Origin: the human T2T-CHM13v2.0 reference genome, Homo sapiens
Direction: 5' to 3' (one strand)
Assembly: GCF_009914755.1 (NCBI RefSeq)
Contig: NC_060929.1
Length of the DNA: 64,000 bases
Made by a program: the position numbers and the translations under genes
The notes under the pieces: generated by a model
What the model was told of the DNA's origin: nothing
What the model saw: only the letters and a program-made list of their open reading frames with translations
Database searches by the model: none
Part shown: one piece after another, positions 56,509-64,000 of the stretch
Position numbering within the stretch: position 1 is the stretch's first letter
How the letters are laid out: the number at the start of each line of letters is the position of its first letter

Positions 56509-59220
56509 TATTGAGGAAACTCAAGAAAACACAGAGAAGGAATTCAGAATTCTATCAGATAAATTTAACAAAGAGATTAAAATAACTAAGAGGAATCAAG
56601 CAGAAATTCTGGAGCTGAAAAAATGCACACTGAAGAATGCATCAGAGTATGTTAAAAGCGGGATTGATTAAACAGAAGAAACAATTAGCTTGAAGACAGG
56701 CTATTTGAAAAAACACAAAATAGTCCAAAAAAAAAAAAAGAGAGAGAGAGAAAGAGAGAATAAAAATGAATGAAGGATGTCTACAAGATCTAGAAAACTG
56801 CCTCAAAAGGGAAAATTAAGTTATTGGCCTTAAAGAGGAGAGAGAGATGAGAGTAGAAAGTTTATTCAAAGAAATAATAACAGAGAACTTCCAAAATTTA
56901 GAAAAAAATATTAATATTCAAGGACAAGAAGTTTATAGAACACAAAGCAGATTTAACCCAAATAAGAACAACAAGACATTTACTAATCAAACTTCCAAGG
57001 TCAAGGACACATAAAGAAAGCATCCTAAAAGCAGCAAGAGAAAATAAAAAAACAACATACAAAGGGGCTTAAATGCACCTGGCAACAGATATCTCAGTGG
57101 AAAACTTACAGGATAAGAGAGAGTGGCACAACATATTTAAAGTGCTAAAGGAAAAAAAATCACTTTTATTCTAAAATAGTATATCCAGTAGAAATATCCT
57201 TAAGAATTGGAGGAGAAATAAAGATTTACATAGACAAACAAAAGTCAGGGGACTTCATCAACACCAGACCTGACCTACAAGAAATGCTAAAGGGAGTTCC
57301 TTAATGTAAAGGAAAAAGATATTAATGAGCAATAAGAAATCATCTGAAGGTACAAAACTCACTAGCAATAGTAAGTACCCAGAAAGACACAGAATATTAT
57401 AACATATTATAAGACTGTAATTACTGTGTATAAACTACTCATATCTTGACTAGAAAGATAAAAACAACCAATTAAAAATAACTACAACTTTTTAAGACAT
57501 AGTATAATAAGATATAAACAGAAAAACAAAAAGTTAAAAAGCAAGCAGATGAAGTTAAAATGTAGAGTTTTTATTAGTTTTCTCTTTGCTTGCTTGTTTG
57601 TTTATGCAGTTAGTGTGGAGTGGATAATGAGGTTAAAAAAAGAAAGGAGTGAAGGAAGACAAACAACCAGAAAAAAAATGGAGGATTAAATTCCTACTTC
57701 TCAATAATAACAATAGATGTAAATGGTTTAAACCCTCCTATCTAAGACATAGTGTAGTTACATGAATTAAAAAAAAAAAAAAAAACACAAAAAAAAAACA
57801 AGACCCAACAATCTGGTTGAATGGATGAAAAAAAGAAAGACAAAGCAATCTATTGTATTCAGGAAACACTACATCTATGAAGACACACATTGACAGAAAA
57901 TAAAGGGATGGAAAAACGTATTCTATGCCAGTAAAAACAACAACAACAACAAAAAGCAGGAGTAGCTATATTTAGACAAAATAGATACCAAGACGGAAAT
58001 ATAAAAAGAGACAAAGAAAATTATTACTATATTATAATAAAGGAGTCAATTCAGCAAGAAGATATAACAATTGTAAATTGAGCAACCTATATATAAAACC
58101 TTAGCACACCTATATATACAAAGCAAACATTATTAGAGCTAAAGGGAAAAACAGATCTTAATACAATAATAGCTAGAGACTTCAACACACCACTGTCAGC
58201 ATTGGAAAGATCATCTAGACAAAAAAATCAACAAAGAAACATTGGAACTTAATCTGTACTGTAAACCAAATGGACACAGTCAATATTTACAGAAGATTTT
58301 ATCTAATGGCTGCAGAACATACATTCTTATTGATAATTTTCAAGGATAGATCATACGTTAGGCCACAAAACATATTTTGAAAATCTAAACAATTGAAATA
58401 ATATCAAGCATGTTCTCTGACCACAATGGAATAAAACTAGAACTCAAACACATGAGGAATTTTAGAAACTATACAAACACATCGAAATTAATCAATATGC
58501 TCCACAATGATAAGTGGGTCAATGAATAAATTAAGAAGAAAATTAGAAAAGTTCTTGAAACTAATGAAACCTACGAAAACCTACAGAATACAGAAAAAGC
58601 AATAGGAAGAGGAAAGTTCATAGCAATAAGCACTTATATCAAAAAAGTAGAAACACTTCAAATAACCTAATAATACATCATAAGACACTGAAAAAGCAAG
58701 AGAAAACCAAGCCCAAAGTTAGTAAAACAAAAGAAATAATAAAGATCAGAACAGAAATAAATGAAATTGAAACAAGAAAAACAATACAGAAGATCAATGA
58801 AACAGAAACATGGTTTGTTGAAAAGAGAAACAAAATCAACAATCATTTATCCAGCCTAAATAAAAAAGAAGTAAATAAGTAAAATAAGTAAAATCGAAGA
58901 TAAAAAATGACATATTACGACTGAGACCAGAGAAATTCAAAGGATCATTACAGGTTCTAAGAGCAATTATGTGCCAATAAATTGGAAAACCTAGAAGAAA
59001 TGAATAAATTTCCAGACACATTCAACCCACCAAGATTGGACCATGAAGAAATCCAAAACCTAAACAGATGAATAATAATGAATGAGACTGCAGTTGTGCT
59101 AAAAAAGTGTTCCAACAAAGAAAAGCCCAAGATCAATGACTTCACTGCTGAATTTTACCAATCTAAAAATAATTCAAACCAACTATAGTCAAACTATTTA
59201 AAAAAATAGAGGAGGAAATA

Positions 59221-61550
<2,330 letters not shown>

Positions 61551-62189
61551 GGAAGTACTTCTAAACTCATTCTGTGAAGCCAGTATTACCCTGATACCAT
61601 AGTCAGGCAAAAATACAGCCCCCCCCCCGCAAAAAAAAAAGAAACAAAGAAAGAAAATAAAACTGCAGGCCAAAATCCTTGATAAATATTGACACAAAAA
61701 TCCTCAACAAATTCTAGCAAACTGAATTCAATAACAGATTAAAAAGAATATTTATCATGTCCAAGTGGGGTTTATTCCTGGGATGCAAGGATGGTTCAGC
61801 ACATGCAACCCCAAGCAATGTGATATAGTGTATCAACAGAATAAAGGGAAAACCATGTGATTACTTATAATGATGTTGAAAAGGCATTTAATAGAATTCA
61901 ACATCCCTTCATGATAAAAACCCTAAAAACGTAGGGATAGAAAAAAACATACTTTAACACAACATGAGCCATATATGAAAGATCCCCAGCTAGTATACTG
62001 GGGAAAAAGTGAAATACTTTCCTCTAAGATTTGGAGAAGACAAGGATGCCCAAGTTCACCACTGTTATTCAACATAGCAGTGTAAGTCACAGAGCAGTTA
62101 AACAAGAGAAAGACATAAATGGCATCCAATGCGGATGCCATTATAATTAGGATAGCTTTGGCTACTCTAGGTCTTCTATATTTAGAAGG

Positions 62190-62747
62190 AAATATATTTG
62201 GAATGGACTTAGACCTAGTCCGGCTCTATCACATACCGGGTTTGTGGTCATTAGCAACTTCTATGTACCCCAAGGCCCACATCCCACATGTATCATGAGG
62301 ATAAAGTAATAAAAACCAATCAGCTACTGAGAACTATGTCTAGTCTACATTAAGCATTCTGTGAAAGTTAGTTCTTAGGATTTTGCACTAGATTCTCTGC
62401 TGGGTTTTAAGTATAAAGTGTTGAACAAACTAGATATGGACTCTGCCCTTAAAGAGTTTGCATTTCACAGTAAAATAAACTTATATCTAATAAAGCATGA
62501 TTTAAATTCCTGGACATCGAATTAATGGACCCCTTGTAATTCCATGACACTGTCTGAAAACATCACCCCTACTTCTCTTATTAGTGGCCCCCACAGCACA
62601 AACATTTATGTCAAGGGCACTGTTTACCCCTGCTCCTCAAGTTAGTGGCTGTCATCGCCTTATGGCAGGAGAAAACAGTTGACTCTGTCAAAACCAGATT
62701 CATATAGAGGTGTGAAGAATAAACTCCTTTTTCACTTTCTGTAACTT
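62190..62747 (-). repeat. Inverted 558-bp copy of 45457-46014 inserted in L1MA ORF2
   Basis: Ungapped ~97% identity; L1 sequence on both sides; no poly(A) or TSD. Confidence 0.96.
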
Positions 62748-64000
62748 AAGTTAAATTATACATATTTTTAGATGATATAATCTTCTATTTTGAAAAACCT
62801 AAAGACCCCACCAAAAAACTGTTAGAACTAATAAAACCAATTCAGTAAAATTGCAGGATACAAAATCAACATACAAAAAACAATAACATTTTTATATTCC
62901 AACAGTAAGCACTCTGAAAAAGAAATGAAGAAACTTATCCCATTTACAATAGCTACAAGTACTATAAAATACATAAGAGTTTACCTCACGAAAGAAGTGA
63001 GAGATCTCTGCAATAAAATCTATAAAACATTAATGCAAGAAAGGAGAGGATGCAATAAAATAGAAAGAATTTTATGTTCATAGTTTGGAAGGATCAATAT
63101 TGTTAAAATATCCACACTACTCAAAGCAATACACAGAGTCAATGTAATCCCAATGTAAATACCAGTGACATTCTTCTTAAGAATAGAAAAAGAATCTTAA
63201 AATTTTTATGGACTCACAGAAGACCTAGAGTAGCCAAAGTTATCCTAAGCACAAAGAACCAAACTGTAGGAATCACATTACCTGACTTCAAATTATACCA
63301 CGGAGTTATAGTAACCAGAATAGCTTCGTACTGGTGTAAAAACAGACATAGACCAATCGAACAGAATAGAGAACCCAGAAATAAATCCATACATCCGCAG
63401 AGAACTCATTTTCAATAAAAGTGCCAAGAATATATGCTGAGGAAAGGACAGCCTTTTCAATAAATAACGTTGGGAAAACTGGATAGCCATATAAAGAAGA
63501 ATGAAACTAGACTCCTATCTCTCACCATATACAAAAATTAAATCAAAATGAACTAAAAACTTAAATCTAAGATTTCAAGTTAGGAAACTACTAAAAGAAA
63601 ACATTTGATAACCTCTCCAGGATATTGGTTTGGGCAAAAATTAGTTAAGCAATACACCATAAGCACAGGCAACAAAAGCAAAAATGGATGAATGGGACTA
63701 TATCAAGTTAAAAAGCATCTGTGCAGCAAAAGAAACAATCAACAAAGCAAAGAGACAACCTAAAGAATGAGAAAAAATGCAAACTATTCATCTGACAAGG
63801 GATTAATAACTGAATATATAATGAGCTCAAACAACTCTGTAAGAAAGAAAATCTAAGTATTCGATTTAAAAATGGACAAAATATCTCAATCAACATTTTC
63901 AAAAGAATAAATGCAAATGGCAAACACGTATATGAAAATGTGTTCAACATCATTGATCATCAGAGAAATGCAAATCAAACCTACAATGACATATCATCTA

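Noticed and set aside
62190-62747. L1 3' transduction or processed retrocopy as the origin of the duplication
   Set aside because: There is no poly(A) tail or TSD, host bases are lost, and extra templated junction pieces are present.

Overview
AT-rich primate (most likely human) genomic DNA containing the 3' part of the type II classical cadherin gene CDH9 on the minus strand. Ten GT-AG coding exons (numbered 3-12 from recall of the 12-exon gene) splice into one open frame of 2142 nt (713 aa plus stop) running from EC1 to the cytoplasmic tail. A 3' UTR and about 15 kb of downstream intergenic DNA follow. The rest is intronic or intergenic DNA filled with Alu, L1, L2, MIR, LTR and DNA-transposon relics. 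The most notable unexplained structure is a 558-bp, ~97%-identical inverted copy of intron-3 sequence (45457-46014) inserted into an old L1 in intron 2 (62190-62747). It has no poly(A) or TSD, and its junctions carry fold-back hairpins and a second 31-bp inverted template. The pair brackets exon 3 alone and could form a long pre-mRNA duplex. Other notable items are a palindromic repeat built from an L1 5' junction, two twin-primed inverted L1s, a perfect 72-bp duplication next to exon 7, a ~130-bp young L1PA2 insertion and a non-canonical calcium-binding motif (DVNNNPP). Repeat subfamily names come from recalled consensus sequences, not from a search.
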